The notes below the pieces were generated by a model that saw only the letters and a program-made list of their open reading frames with translations, had not been told where the DNA came from and did not search any database. Below, piece after piece: positions 49,386-62,790 of a stretch of DNA of 64,000 bases. Both the position numbers and the translations under genes were made by a program. Within the stretch, counting starts at the first letter, position 1, and each line of letters begins with the position of its first letter. Location of the stretch: assembly GCF_009914755.1 (NCBI RefSeq), contig NC_060936.1. One strand, given 5' to 3'. The DNA comes from the human T2T-CHM13v2.0 reference genome, Homo sapiens.

Positions 49386-51774
49386 CAAAAACCGCAGTAA
49401 TTTTTGCACCAATCTAATAAAATAATTCTCCCATTTTTTCCCAGTACTTTCATGGTTTCATTTTTTACATTTATTTGTCTGATCCATTTATTTGTCTGGT
49501 GAGGTGTTTTCTGTGAACTACAACAACAGCTTGTCTAGGTTTCAAAAATTCTATCGGCATTTTTAATGCAATTTTAATAACTTTATAGATTAATCTGGAG
49601 ATATTTACAATTTTATAATGTTGGCTATTCCTGGGGTACCATTTTTATTTTGCTAATATTTATTTTGTGTTAGGCCCTGTTTCAAGTGCTTTACATGTGT
49701 TAATTCATTAATCCTCATGACCATCCAATGAGATAAATTCTCCTGTTATCTCCATTTTGCAGATGAGGAAACTGAGGTAGATCTTACCTTTTCTATAAGA
49801 TCCAAGTTATTTCCTGAATCATCTTCTCAGATGTGACTAAGGCAGATGCAGCTTTCTCCTCTTAGAATGTACTATCAGAAATGGGATTGGGAGAGAAGCC
49901 CCTAAGTAAACAGACAATTTCAATAATCTAATTTAAGGGATAAGATGAGGAAATACAGAGCACAGAGGAGGGAATGATAACTTGGGGGATGAGCAGCAGA
50001 ATAGGTTTCTTGATAGAAATAATATCTAAGCTGAGACCTGAAGGATGAGGTTTCTTTAGTTTAATATTAAGGGAATTACCTTAAACAGAATTGTAAACTC
50101 CATAGAATGTGGCTTCTGATTCCTTTTTTCCCTCCTTTCTCGAGGGAAGGGGAAAAAGCTAATAATTTTTGTGGACCTGGCTTTTGGCTTAACCTTTTAT
50201 TTCATTTTCATAAGAACCTTGGAAATAGATGTTTTAATTACTGATTACAGTTAAAGGAACAGGCTCAGAGCGATTAAATAACTTGCCCAAGTTAACACAG
50301 CTGTTAAAAAGACCAGAGATTCAATCCCAGGTTAGTTGTTCAAATCTGTTTACCACACCATGGGGTCTGCATCATTTTGTCTGAACAAGGCACCCAGAAC
50401 ATTTGCTGAAGTGATTTTAGAAGGTATCAGATCTGCTAACCTTCTGATGTATATAATCTAAAACCCTACTGATTTAAAAATTTGTAGCAAAAGATTGGGT
50501 GGCATGGGTCCATAGGTACAACACCAGCAAACTTTCTCCAAGGTATCTCCATGTTCCATACCTTGGTAACCTCTAAAGTATCCGTTTTTCTGTTTGATCA
50601 GTAATACTTAAAAATAAGCACATGTTCTTTTCTCCTCTCTGAGCAAGAGAGTAGAGCACCAGGCCGTGGCTCTGTCTATCTGATGTCCACTATCTACTGC
50701 CTTCCAAAAGATTAGTCTCTCTGAATTATTTTAAGTTGCAGGAGAACCAACCAGGTATACACCGACTGTGAAATACACTACCTCAATTTCCTTTCAATCC
50801 ACTGCTTTTCATTTCATAGATATAGTTGGAATCATAATAGGTGTAGGGATCTTGTATCACAGAAGACTTTGATATATTTAAAAATAAAAACTTCTCTATG
50901 TGTATTGTGTGTGTGTGTATGTATACATACACACACACACGCTTCCTTCCTTGAAGAGGAAGAAAAGGAATCAGAATCCCCCTCCCCCGCCACGTACACA
51001 CAATATATGTAGGAATGTGTGTGTTTATAGGAAAATTTTGCTACTGCAGAAATGAATAATAGGTTTTTATAAATAGAATCTTTTTTACAGATTTATTTTA
51101 ATATCCCCAAGCCTGCCCAGAACATAGTAGATGTCCCATAAGTAATTTTTGAATTAAACCGAGTTCACAGTATGTGTGAATTTCACATTTTATATTTCAT
51201 AGTTGTTACCTGGGCTCATAGTGATGGCACACACAATCGAGGAATAGAGTTTTTGTTAATAAGCTAATAAATAATTATTAGGAAAAAAAAAAGCCTGAGA
51301 AATGCATACTACACTGACATAGAAATCTGTGATTTAAAATCAATGGTATGTTCTCAACATCAAACATTACTAGTCATATGGATTTAGACAATAATGCAAG
51401 CTTTGTGAAGACACTGACATCTCTTTTGAGCTGTGTAGCTGGTATCTAGCACAGTACCTGACATAGTAGTGCTCAATAAGTGGATGAATGAAAATGGTCT
51501 TTATTCTTATGTTTTGGTGACTTAAACTTATATACTTAAATAAATCAAGCTAACAATTTTAGTTGCACTGTTTTTACTTAATAAGTCATGTTGTCTTTCA
51601 TATTGATAAAAATAAGTTAATATTGAATAGTGTTGTCTATCTTTTGTAAACTTTCCAACATTACAAATCTTTAAAAATCTTTATTTTTTTAAATTTTCTG
51701 CCTTATATTTGGATGTTTTATTTATATTTACATGATTACAGTCAACCAAAAGCAGTAACTAGTATTTGTTAGAA

Positions 51775-52077
51775 TTTTTTTTTTTTTCTTTTTTGAGGTG
51801 GAGTCTCGCTCTTGTCGCACAGGCTGGAGGGTAGTGGTGTGATCTTGGCTCACGGCAACCTCCGCCTTCCGGTTCAAGCAATTCTCCTGCCTCAGCCTCC
51901 CGAGTAGCTGGGATAACCAGGTGCTCACCACCATGCCCAGCTAATTTTTGTATTTTTAGTAGAAACGGGGTTTCACCATGTTGGCCAGGCTGGTCTCAAA
52001 CTCCTGACCTCAAGTGATCAGCTAGCCTCTGCCTCCCAAATTGCTGGGATTACAGGTTTGAGCCACTGCACCTGGCC
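51775..52077 (-). mobile_element. AluS
   Basis: Antisense full-length Alu; GTTAGAA on both flanks. Confidence 0.92.
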
Positions 52078-52258
52078 GTTAGAACTCTTTAGACCAATTT
52101 GGAAAGCAAATCTGTGTCTGTACCCAATGTGTCCGGCTGAATTTATATTCCGCTTTAGGCCTATTCCCCATCCCACCTTACTACCCCCACACCAGTGTGT
52201 TGTTCATTTCCTGTCTGAATAAGCAATTTGATGGCTTTAAAACATCTTTTGTTTCAAG

Positions 52259-52373
52259 GTTTCATCACCCAAACATACTAGAGTTGGCTGCATATTTTAC
52301 AGAGACTGAGAAGTTCTGTCTGATTTATCCATACATGAGAAATGGAACACTTTTTGACAGATTGCAGTGTGTA
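52259..52373 (+). CDS. IRAK3: IRAK3 exon 7 (c.654-768; gatekeeper/hinge)
   Basis: tttcaag|GTTT...TGTGTA|gtaagt; FHHPNILELAAYFTETEKFCLIYPYMRNGTLFDRLQCV. Confidence 0.97.
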
Positions 52374-52794
52374 GTAAGTTCTATCTATTATTCTGTCTGA
52401 TCCTCTGACCCCTTGAATCCCTGGGAGAGCTGCTGAAACCGTCTGGGAGAGTTGGGAGGCAAGATGTGTTTGCATGAGGGGAAAGCCAAGAATGGGTTTC
52501 CCAAGGAAGCAGTACTTCTTGGATTAATTTCTTACTTTTAGAAGGCTGAGCAAATACCTGAGTTAACGTGTTCTGTGCAACATTTTGGTAACCATGTTGG
52601 GTTCTTACTCATTATATGGTAAGAACCCAGCAAATCTTTTGGCAACCATGTTATATTATATTTGATTCTGTACCTCCAGTGAGTTGGCATCAACTACTCT
52701 TATTCCTTAAATAATTTTAATTTGTATAACTTTATTAAAGTATCCTTCAATACAAAGGATCACCATAGCAGTGACACAGACTCTAAAGAGAAAG

Positions 52795-53340
<546 letters not shown>

Positions 53341-53778
53341 GTTGAATAAATGTCATGATTCCTCGTTAGATGTCTTTGGAGGTTAAGTTTAAAAATTGAT
53401 TCCAAATAGGTTGTTTCAGTTAGGATGAGAATAAAAGCAGATTGTCTCAATTACTCATACTGTTGTACCACAAGTAACTTAAAAATCTTATTTAATGAAC
53501 TTTTAAGCAGTGTTACCTTACTAGCTATGTTTTGATTAAGCTAATATTGAGAAGTATTGAGTATTTTCGTTGTCTATAAAAGAGGCCTAGAACTGTCATC
53601 AGTAGCAGAAGGAAACCCATCTGGAATTAAAAATAGGTTTTGGAAAACCAAAACGTTGATTCACCCACCTCACCCCACCTTGCTATCTACTTCTATTCTG
53701 GTGTATGTCTGCATAATGAATACATAGGTAGTTTTTACTCAGAAAGTGCAACCAAACCAATTGCTGTTGTTGTTTTAG

Positions 53779-53897
53779 GGTGACACGGCCCCACTCCCTT
53801 GGCACATTCGAATCGGTATATTAATAGGAATATCCAAAGCCATTCACTACCTGCACAACGTTCAACCATGCTCGGTCATCTGTGGCAGTATATCAAG
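53779..53897 (+). CDS. IRAK3: IRAK3 exon 8 (c.769-887; degenerate catalytic loop)
   Basis: ttttag|GGTGAC...TCAAG|gtaaat; GDTAPLPWHIRIGILIGISKAIHYLHNVQPCSVICGSIS(S). The gene continues beyond the window. Confidence 0.97.
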
Positions 53898-54165
53898 GTA
53901 AATTATTCCAGAGCTTTTGGTTATACCTGAAAGCTTCTTTTATCCTCACATGTGAGTCATACTTCACACTATTCTCTGCTGTAGTTCTCCTGGTATGTAT
54001 GTGTGTGTGTTAAGAATTCTCATCTAGGTATTTAAAAATCCTATATTTTTATTAATGAAAATGTGTCTACCAAATTTAAAAAGCTATATGTATGTTGCCA
54101 AAAAGAGAGTTTACATTATCTTTGGTAATTATTAATGAACAATGTAGGATAGACAATTCTGTGTA

Positions 54166-54514
54166 CAGATGGTCCCAATTTATGATGATTCAACAAAATG
54201 ATTTTTTTTCTTTACAATGGCACAAAAGTGATATGTATTATGTAGAAATCATACTTTGAGTATCCCCATACAATCATTCTGTTTTTCACTTTCAGTACAG
54301 TATTCAATGAATTGCATGAGGTAGTCAACACTTTATTATAAAATAGCCTTAGCACTAGATGATTTTACCCAACTGTAGGCTAATATAATTGTCCTGAGCA
54401 CATTTAACATAGGCTGGGCTAAGCTGGGATGTTCGGTAGGTTAGGTGTATTAAATGCATTTTCGACTTACCATGGGTTTGTCAGGATGTAACCTCATAAG
54501 TTGAGAAGCATCTG
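54166..54514. mobile_element. Tigger3a/MER7-type TcMar DNA transposon
   Basis: TA|cagatg...catctg|TA termini and the internal motif cattctgtttttcactttcagtacagtattcaat. Confidence 0.8.
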
Positions 54515-56733
54515 TATTTTAGTAATTATTAATGGCACTTTGTGAAATGAACCTGTATTTATGTACTTTTTTTAAAACTGAAGTTTAAAGAAAAATTAAG
54601 CAACTTAAATGGGGATTCCTAGCAAGCTGGCAGTAGTAAATAGCAATAAAAATTGTTTGTCCTTGAGTCTCCAGTGTCTTGCTCATCCTACTGAGCCTGC
54701 TGTCTCATAACTTTATATATTAACCTATGACAAGCTGAGCAGCAACCCCAATGTTCATTTTTGAGACATGAGAAAATTAGAAGCAACATCTCCCACATTT
54801 CTTCTTCTAGACATAAAGAATCATTCACCCAGAGTAAATACCCCCTGTCGGTGAATTTTTTTCTATTTGCCCTTTATCTTCAACCTGTCCAAAAGTACAT
54901 GAATACACCTTTGCTGAATATCAAGGAAGACTGAATTTAAAAGGCTGCTGCTGCTTCTGAACCATTTCCCAGTATCTTGAAAAAAACTTGTAGTATGCTT
55001 TTGACTTGGGCAGAAAAGGAGCTGATTGCTTACTTGTTTTTCTGATGAAATGAACTCCATAGGAAAAGACTCTAGGTTTTACTTAGTTCTAGAGGGGCGG
55101 GGTGACCTACCCATAGACGTCTGTGCCTGTTGCAGTGTGGCAATCCAGCAACTGCTAATGGCTTTGTAGAATCAGCATAAAATTAATGCACACTCATGGG
55201 ACCTGAATATAGAGGGACCATGAGGGTCTTCAGTCAGTGGAGTTATCCGTTGGAATTGCTTTCAAAGGGCTGAGGTGGCCACCCACAACCTAAAACAATC
55301 CCTCCTCCACTCAGCTTGCAACCAACACTGAGCACACTAAGTGCTCAAATATATGTTTTACTGAGTAAATAAATATCTGGAATGTTGCTAAACATATTTG
55401 TCCTTTGGTCTAAACTTAAAATAAGTATTAGCTTATTTTAAAGCCCCAAGCAGCAATAGATTAATTTTATTAAGTTTCCTTTTGTGTGACTGAGTTCATC
55501 AAATCCTTTCCTGAATGCAGAGTTTGAAGAAGAAAGAAAAGAGAAGGTGTTGGGGTTTTGGCTCTTGATGGGAGATGGGGACAGAGGGTCACTAACTGAA
55601 GCAAAGGGAGCATCAGGGCAGGGAGGGAGGCAGAGGCAAGCTCTGCCCATGTCCCGTTCTTTTTCACAGCTGAAACTGGGCAAGGTGATTTGGATGTGCC
55701 TAACAGTGTCTCTCTGCTGGTATTTGGTGAGAGCACAGGCTTTGGGCCCTCATTTCCACTTTCTCACTGTTGGTTCGTGTCTTCAGGTAGGTCCAGGAAG
55801 TGGGCTCAGAAGCACAGATTTACCTGCAGGAGGTTTTTAAGGGAGGGCTCTCAGGGACAGCAAATGAAGCGAGGAAAGGAAAAAGGCAGGATTGGGCAGC
55901 TGGAGAGGTTGAGTTGGGATATTATTGTCATAGAGGCCTCAGTCCATGCCATGGGGAAGCACTGAAGCTGGGGTGGCGCATCAAAGACATCCCAGAGGCA
56001 GGCAGGGCACTCTGAGCTTTGCACCCCTGCATCTGACCAGCCCTCTTGTGGAGCAGTAATGTGGCTGGGTGAGGCAGCTCCCTTCTACCAAGACAGTTCC
56101 CAGACTGTGGCTCAGCTGTGAGCCATCTTTAGCCAACTCTTACTGCTGGGGAACCAGAGCCTCCCTGGAACCCAAGGAGGGAGCCAAGTAGGGTGGGGAA
56201 GGACAGGGTGGGGAAGGAAGGGGTCGGGGGGCGGTGTGGAGTCATGGTGGGAGAGTGCACCATGGCAGCCACCACAGCTATGAAGGAAGATTTGACAGGA
56301 CAGAGTTCTGAAAAATGTGACTCGAAGATTTTTCTTTTTCACATGTTTGCTCCCCACCCTCCTCCCATCCTTTTCTCTTAGCTCAGTGTCCCCTAATGTT
56401 TAAATCAGAGAGACCTTCCACTTAAAATGCGATTCTGAGCAAATTGCTTAATGTCTCTAAGCCTCAATCTTCCTCTCTGCAAAATGTTAGTAGTAGAATA
56501 ATAGCTTCTATCTCCTAGGGTTAAATGGCATAAGGTCCTTGACAAAGAGCACACACATCTTCAGTGGTAATTCCTATCCTGACTGGTTGAGAAGTGGTGG
56601 GAGTGGCACAGTGACAGAGGCCAAGTAGTGTGGTGGCCAATCAGTCTTTTTACTTAACACTCTTACCTCTATCGTCAATTTATAGTGTTTGAAAAGTGGA
56701 CCCACTGACTAAGCTCTAGTTTAAGAAAAATTA

Positions 56734-56890
<157 letters not shown>

Positions 56891-58762
56891 TGTTTATTAA
56901 ATATCTTGACAATCCCATTCATCTTACTTCACAAATATTTATAGAACATCTGTTGTGTGCAGAGCATTGTGTTAGACCACAGGGGGAGAGACAGTGATGA
57001 TAATAGTCTTGTCCTTGAAGGTTCAACCTGGTGATCAGAAAGATAACACAAACACAAAATGTGTAGTGCAATGGTAACTATGCCCACTGAGTGGTTGGTC
57101 TGAGAAGGCTTCCTCTCGTTAGAGAGTTCCAAGCCAAGTCTTGGAAAAAGTGGGTCATTGCAGTGGATTGGTTGAAAGAAGCGGAGAGAATATTCCTGGT
57201 GGAGGCAATAATTTGTTCAAAGGAACAGAGTAAAGAATTGCCACGTATATAGTAAAAGCAAGAGAAATCAGTTGGTTGGAAAAGAAAGGACAAGGTTGGA
57301 GAATAAGATAAGGTGAGACTACAGAAGAATGAGGACTGTGGTGAGCAGGGGATGGAATGCAGCTTTGGATTCTGACTAGGCTGAGGAACTAGGTTTGACA
57401 AGCTGGGCTCTAGTGAAAGTCTGCAGCTTGTCTAGGATATAGGTGGAAACTGAAAGGTTCTAGAGTCTCTTAGGTGGTCTCACAACTTAAGAGGAGGCCA
57501 GTTCTTCCAGGTCACTATCCCAGGAACTTGTCTGGATGTGCAGAACTATAAAAATCATTTAAGCAACACTGCTAGACAGAATGCCCAACAGGTAACAAAG
57601 ATACAGAGTACCCAGAGAGATCTGATCAGAAACAAGAATATTATGGAAGAGACAAGGCTTGAAATGCATCTAGCAATGTATTTTATATTTTACTTGGTGG
57701 TGGGGCTGCTGACAATTGTTGCCTTTCTGAGTGTTCCAAAGAGTTCAAGGACTTCAATGTAACCCATCCATAGAATGTGCCCACCCAGGCATGTGTCAGG
57801 GTATGGAGATCCATGGCTGTGGGCATTTGTTTGAGAACTGTGGTTTCACAAGGGCTCATCAATGTGTCCCTGCCTGTTCCAAAGCAAATCAGTCCCTTCC
57901 ACGGCCATTGAACTTTTGGCCTTTCTGCTGAGCCTGCCAGCAAAGATGTTAATTAGTGCCAACTATAACAGTAGATTTCCCCCTCGTGTTTGGTGATATG
58001 CACACCTGTTCTCTAGAAGCTGGAATGAAACTAACTCAGTTCATTTGGGCCACTGAACACCTGTCAGATGGTAATGACAGTCAGTCCCCAGCAGCCTCGG
58101 CCAGATGTGATTGGCTGACCTAGATTACCCTCCTGAATCTCTTTTAAATGAATCCTCCACTGTGCTCTAAACCTAGGCCTCCCTGAGTGTTGGTCCCTCT
58201 GTGTGTAGCTCAGTGCTTTTAGGACTGAGCTGTCCAAATCCCTGCCTGTTTTGCCTTTGTCATATTAATTTTCTAAATCTATGTAAGGGAAGATAGCTTC
58301 TAGGAGGGATGCAGTTTTATTGTACGGCTTTGATAATTGGCTGAGAAAAGGACATCTCAAAATCTGTGTTAAACAGTGGCCTTTTCCCAGAGTAATTCAG
58401 GGCTCTGTTTTTATTGGAGGAGTGAACAATGGAAGATGCTGTTACCTTTATTTTCTTTTCTGTATTTGGGCTTCAGAGTGATGAGTCACAAAAGACTTTA
58501 TCCTAACCCTTTGATATTATTATTATTATTATTATTATTATTTTTAAAAAGCCAAAATTTCAGCAACTTTTATTGACTACCTTTTAAAAGCCCTATGCTG
58601 CTGTTTTACAAGGCATAATAGACCAGCTCATCTGGTCAAAGCATTCTACATCATTAGTTTGAACTAACTTTTACTGAAACAGCTACAGCATCAAAAGAGT
58701 TAAGGCAAATTGGAATTCATAGAAAAGGATAAGACACTTCACACTGCATTGAAAGAAAGACA

Positions 58763-59150
<388 letters not shown>

Positions 59151-59604
59151 CTAGTTAAACTTCAGAAAGCCCATTTCATACAGCTGGAAAAAAAAAACAC
59201 AGATTAAACACAAAATGAACAAAACCACAAAAATCCGGTCATGCACTTGGATAAGTCTTCACGGTCTTTGTGCATACCCAGAAAATTGAAGTTTTCTTTT
59301 CTTTTTTCTTTTTCTTTTTTTTTTTTGCATCATAACATTTGATAAAAATCTGTTTGTTTGTTTGTTTGTTTTACTAAAATAAACCTGTTCGGGGGAACAG
59401 CTACTAGATGAATTTAAGGTTTTTATGCACCTTATAGAACTTATAGCAAAAATAGTTTTAGTTGATTTCGTTATAAATAACGTTTTCAAGAACTTGTGCA
59501 AAATTGTCAATAATTTCCTAAAGCACAATTGATCAGAAAAATCCATGATTGTTCAGCCTTCACACCCTTCTTCATGTAAGAACACCTTTCTGTACATCTC
59601 ACAG

Positions 59605-60819
59605 TTACTTATTAGGTTGAAAGGTATATGGAGAATGGTCATTAGACGTCTCGACAGCCACCTGCTGTTGACCACTTGCCTCCTCAACAGGAGCCGCTGT
59701 CGTCTGCATATGTTCATACTGTGGCAAGTAGGCTCCTTGCATAGCTGACGTTGCAGGCATGTATGTTCCGGTGCTGCCTAGTGACAGATGACTCATCTGC
59801 TGGGCCAGAGGGCTGATCATTGATGCGGGCTGTAGTGACATGGTGTGCTCCATTGAGGGAGTTAACACGGCACCGGGGTGCTGTAGAATATATGGTTGAG
59901 GTTGCGTCCAAGAAGGACTTTGCACCTGGTAGGCAGATACAGGAGATACAATATAGGGTGTAATAGAAGTTTGAGTGATCATTCGGTTTGTAGCAATACT
60001 GTATGGTGAAGGATAAAATCCGTTTTGTATAGCAGCTGTAGTTGGGTCGTAAGTAAGTGTCATTCCAGTAAGTCTCACCTCTCCTTCTCTATGCCATGGT
60101 CTTCCATTAGGGATGTATTTGTTTGGGTTCTGTCTCTTTTTCTGTCCTCCATCAGAAAACTTACACAATAAAGGTTCTGTGGGGGCAGAAACTCCTGGTG
60201 GTGTCTTAATAAATTTTCCATTAAAATGACCAGTAACAGCTTCACATTTTTCTGTTGATTCCGTCCTAGCAAAGCCAACACCACGACTTGTACCACTGGC
60301 ATCACGTAGTATCCTTGTAGAAATAACTTGTCCAAATGGTTTGAGCATATTTTCTAGTTCTTGCTTATCCATGGAGAGTGGCAAATTAGAAATGTAGAGG
60401 TTGGTAGGATCTTGTTCCTGTTGCTTTGCCATTTGAGCTTGAACCCCACTGGCCTTCAGGGCAGACACAGCTTTTTGAGCTGCTGCAGGGCTGTCAAAGT
60501 CGACAAAACCATAACCTTTGCATTTGTTCGTTGTCTTATGCAAAATTGCGTTTGTGGAGACTATTTTCCCATATGGTTGACAGAGCTTCACCAGGTCCTG
60601 GTCGGTGGTGTGGGGAGGCAGTCCTCGGATATAGAGGTTCGTTTTGCTGAGCTGATCCCATCCTGAGTTGCTGCTGCTGCTACTGTTGTTATTACTGCTG
60701 GTGGTGCTGGGACTGGGAGGGGCCATGGGGTGGGCTGGGACCAGAGACTGCTGCTTGCGATAGGGCGTCCGGCAGTTGCTGCTGCCCCCGGGGTTGCCGC
60801 TGCTGCTGGGGAAGATCAT
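59605..60819 (-). CDS. RBMS1P1: Intact 404-aa RBMS1/MSSP-like ORF (two RRMs) in the retrocopy; coding status unproven
   Basis: gcagcg[15 protein letters not shown]...TNLYIRGL...KGYGFVDF...TNLYISNL...RGVGFAR...YTFQPNK*, with no stop or frameshift. Confidence 0.6.
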
Positions 60820-61162
60820 CGCTGCGGGCCGCGGCGGCGGGCGCGGGCGCGGGCGCGGGGCAGCCTGGGCGCGGGGCAGCCTCGCCGCGAGGGGGAGGAC
60901 GCAAGGAGGGGGCCGGCCGGGCCCCGGGCCGAGGCAGCTTTGGGAACTCCCTCTCGCCGCGCGGCGGCGGCCGGCGGGGGCTGCAGCTCCGCGCTGACTT
61001 CCCCTCCGCACTCGTCTAAAAGTGCGGCGTGGCGCGGGGCGAGACTCGAGCAGCTCGGGCAGCCGCCGCTCTGCGTGCCATGGACGGGAGTTCGCGCGCG
61101 GAGCTGGCGGCGTCGCCGACTCTCCCGGCGGCAGCGGAGGAGCAGCGCCGCCGCGTCCTCCG
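60760..61162. promoter_or_regulatory. Intronic CpG island carried in by the retrocopy 5'UTR
   Basis: Dense CpG/GC sequence that stops abruptly at the TSD, next to AT-rich DNA. Confidence 0.75.
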
Positions 61163-61804
61163 ATATTATTAAGTTATGTTTTTAAATAGTATGAAATAGC
61201 ATGGAACAATGTATATAAAGTGAGATTAAGTGGAAAAGACCAAATTAAAGTAGCGTATAGTTTATAATTATAACTTTGTATAACTACAAATTCATGCATT
61301 AAAAAAATATTAAAAGTAAAATATACCGAAATATCAACAACGTTTTGTTTGGTTGGAGAACCTATAGCTTATTTTTCAATGGCTTATTTTTTTACTTCTT
61401 TATGTTCTTTAGATTGTATTTAAAGAAGTATGTTCTAGTCTAGCAATAACATAAAATTTATTAGACAAAAATAACTTGGCGTCAGACCTTACTGTCTCAA
61501 ACCAATTAATTGGAAAAAGTTCCAAAAGACAGTCTCAAGTTACTAAATGAAATCCTTATCAGTTCAATCATTCTCTGTAATTAATTTTATCAGTAAAGAA
61601 GCTTGATAATCTGTCATTTTTATGGTTTTAAAATAGTTTTTAAAATGAAAGTTGGAAAATCATTATTCAGCAGCCTGGTGCCCAAAGTGTGAATAACATC
61701 TTTTGTCTAAAGCAAAGTGAAATGGTTCTCATGTCTTCAGCAGGGAGGAGGGAGGATGAGGATGAGGATGTGGATGTGGGAAGACCACCAGAAATCTGGG
61801 TTCA

Positions 61805-62125
61805 GGCCGGGTGAGGTGGCTCACACCTATAATCCTAGCACTTTGGGAGGCTGAGATAGGCAGATCACTTGAGGTCAGGAGTTTGAGACCAGCCTGGCCA
61901 ACATGCTGAAACCCCATCTCCACTAAAAATACCAAAAAAAAAAAAAAAAAAAAATTAACCAGGCATAGTGGCTTGTGCTTGTAGTCCCAGCTAGTCTGGA
62001 GGCTGAGGCAGGAAAATTGCTTGAACCCAGGAGGTGGAGGTTGTAGTGAGCTGAAATTGCATCACTGCACTACAGTCTGGGCGATAGAACAAGACTCCGT
62101 CTAAAAAAAAAAAAGGAAAAGAAAA
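61805..62125 (+). mobile_element. AluS
   Basis: TSD AGAAATCTG(G/A)GTTCA. Confidence 0.9.
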
Positions 62126-62564
62126 AGAAATCTGAGTTCAGACCCAGGTCTTTTTTCTCTTTCTGTGGCCAGAGAGTGGCCAAAAGTTTTCGCACTTGCA
62201 CATTCGGAGCCAACCAAGACAGTCTTAAGGTGACCTCTTGTTGCTGTCAAATTCTTTGACATTACACCTGCCTATTTTTGTACTGGGCTCTGTACTCACG
62301 AGTCTAGGACTGTTACAGGAGAACGTGACCCTGTATTCTCTTAAATCCTGGTCAAGCTTTACCCTGATCAGCTTCCAAATCAGAATGAGGTCAGATATGT
62401 TTAGGGAGGTGCCTCCAGCCACCTGCCCACTCTGGAGCAGGTTTTAGTCAAAGTTCTGAAATGCCTGTTTTTCTGAAACACCCTCTCCCTAGTCTTTCAT
62501 CTGTCCTTCCCCTTCTTTACCAGCCACCCTAGCGATCTCGTTGTTGTCCCTGTCTCTCATCACT

Positions 62565-62790
62565 GGTTAAGAGTGTGGCCTTTGGGGTCACATAGATCTC
62601 AGTACAAATCCCTACTCCTCTACTTTCTGGCACTGTGATCTTGGGCAAGTCACTTAATCCCCTGAGGCTCAGTCTCTTACCTCATCTGGAACTGGGGTGA
62701 CAGTGCTCCACCTTCTCCCAGCATTGTGAGGAGGAAGTGAGGTGATAGACTGAAAGCACAACCCAGGCCTGGCAATGAGCTGTAATTATC
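62565..62790. mobile_element. MIR
   Basis: Core ctgtgatcttgggcaagtcacttaatcccctgaggctcagt. Further MIR pieces at ~16190-16345, ~18220-18440 and ~63870-64000. Confidence 0.75.

Noticed and set aside
60820-61011. 64-aa N-terminal extension in the 468-aa ORF call
   Set aside because: Starts at GTG in GC-rich UTR; the first in-frame ATG is at 60819.
60730-61185. 151-aa plus-strand ORF
   Set aside because: Antisense shadow of the GC-rich retrocopy 5' end that crosses the TSD.
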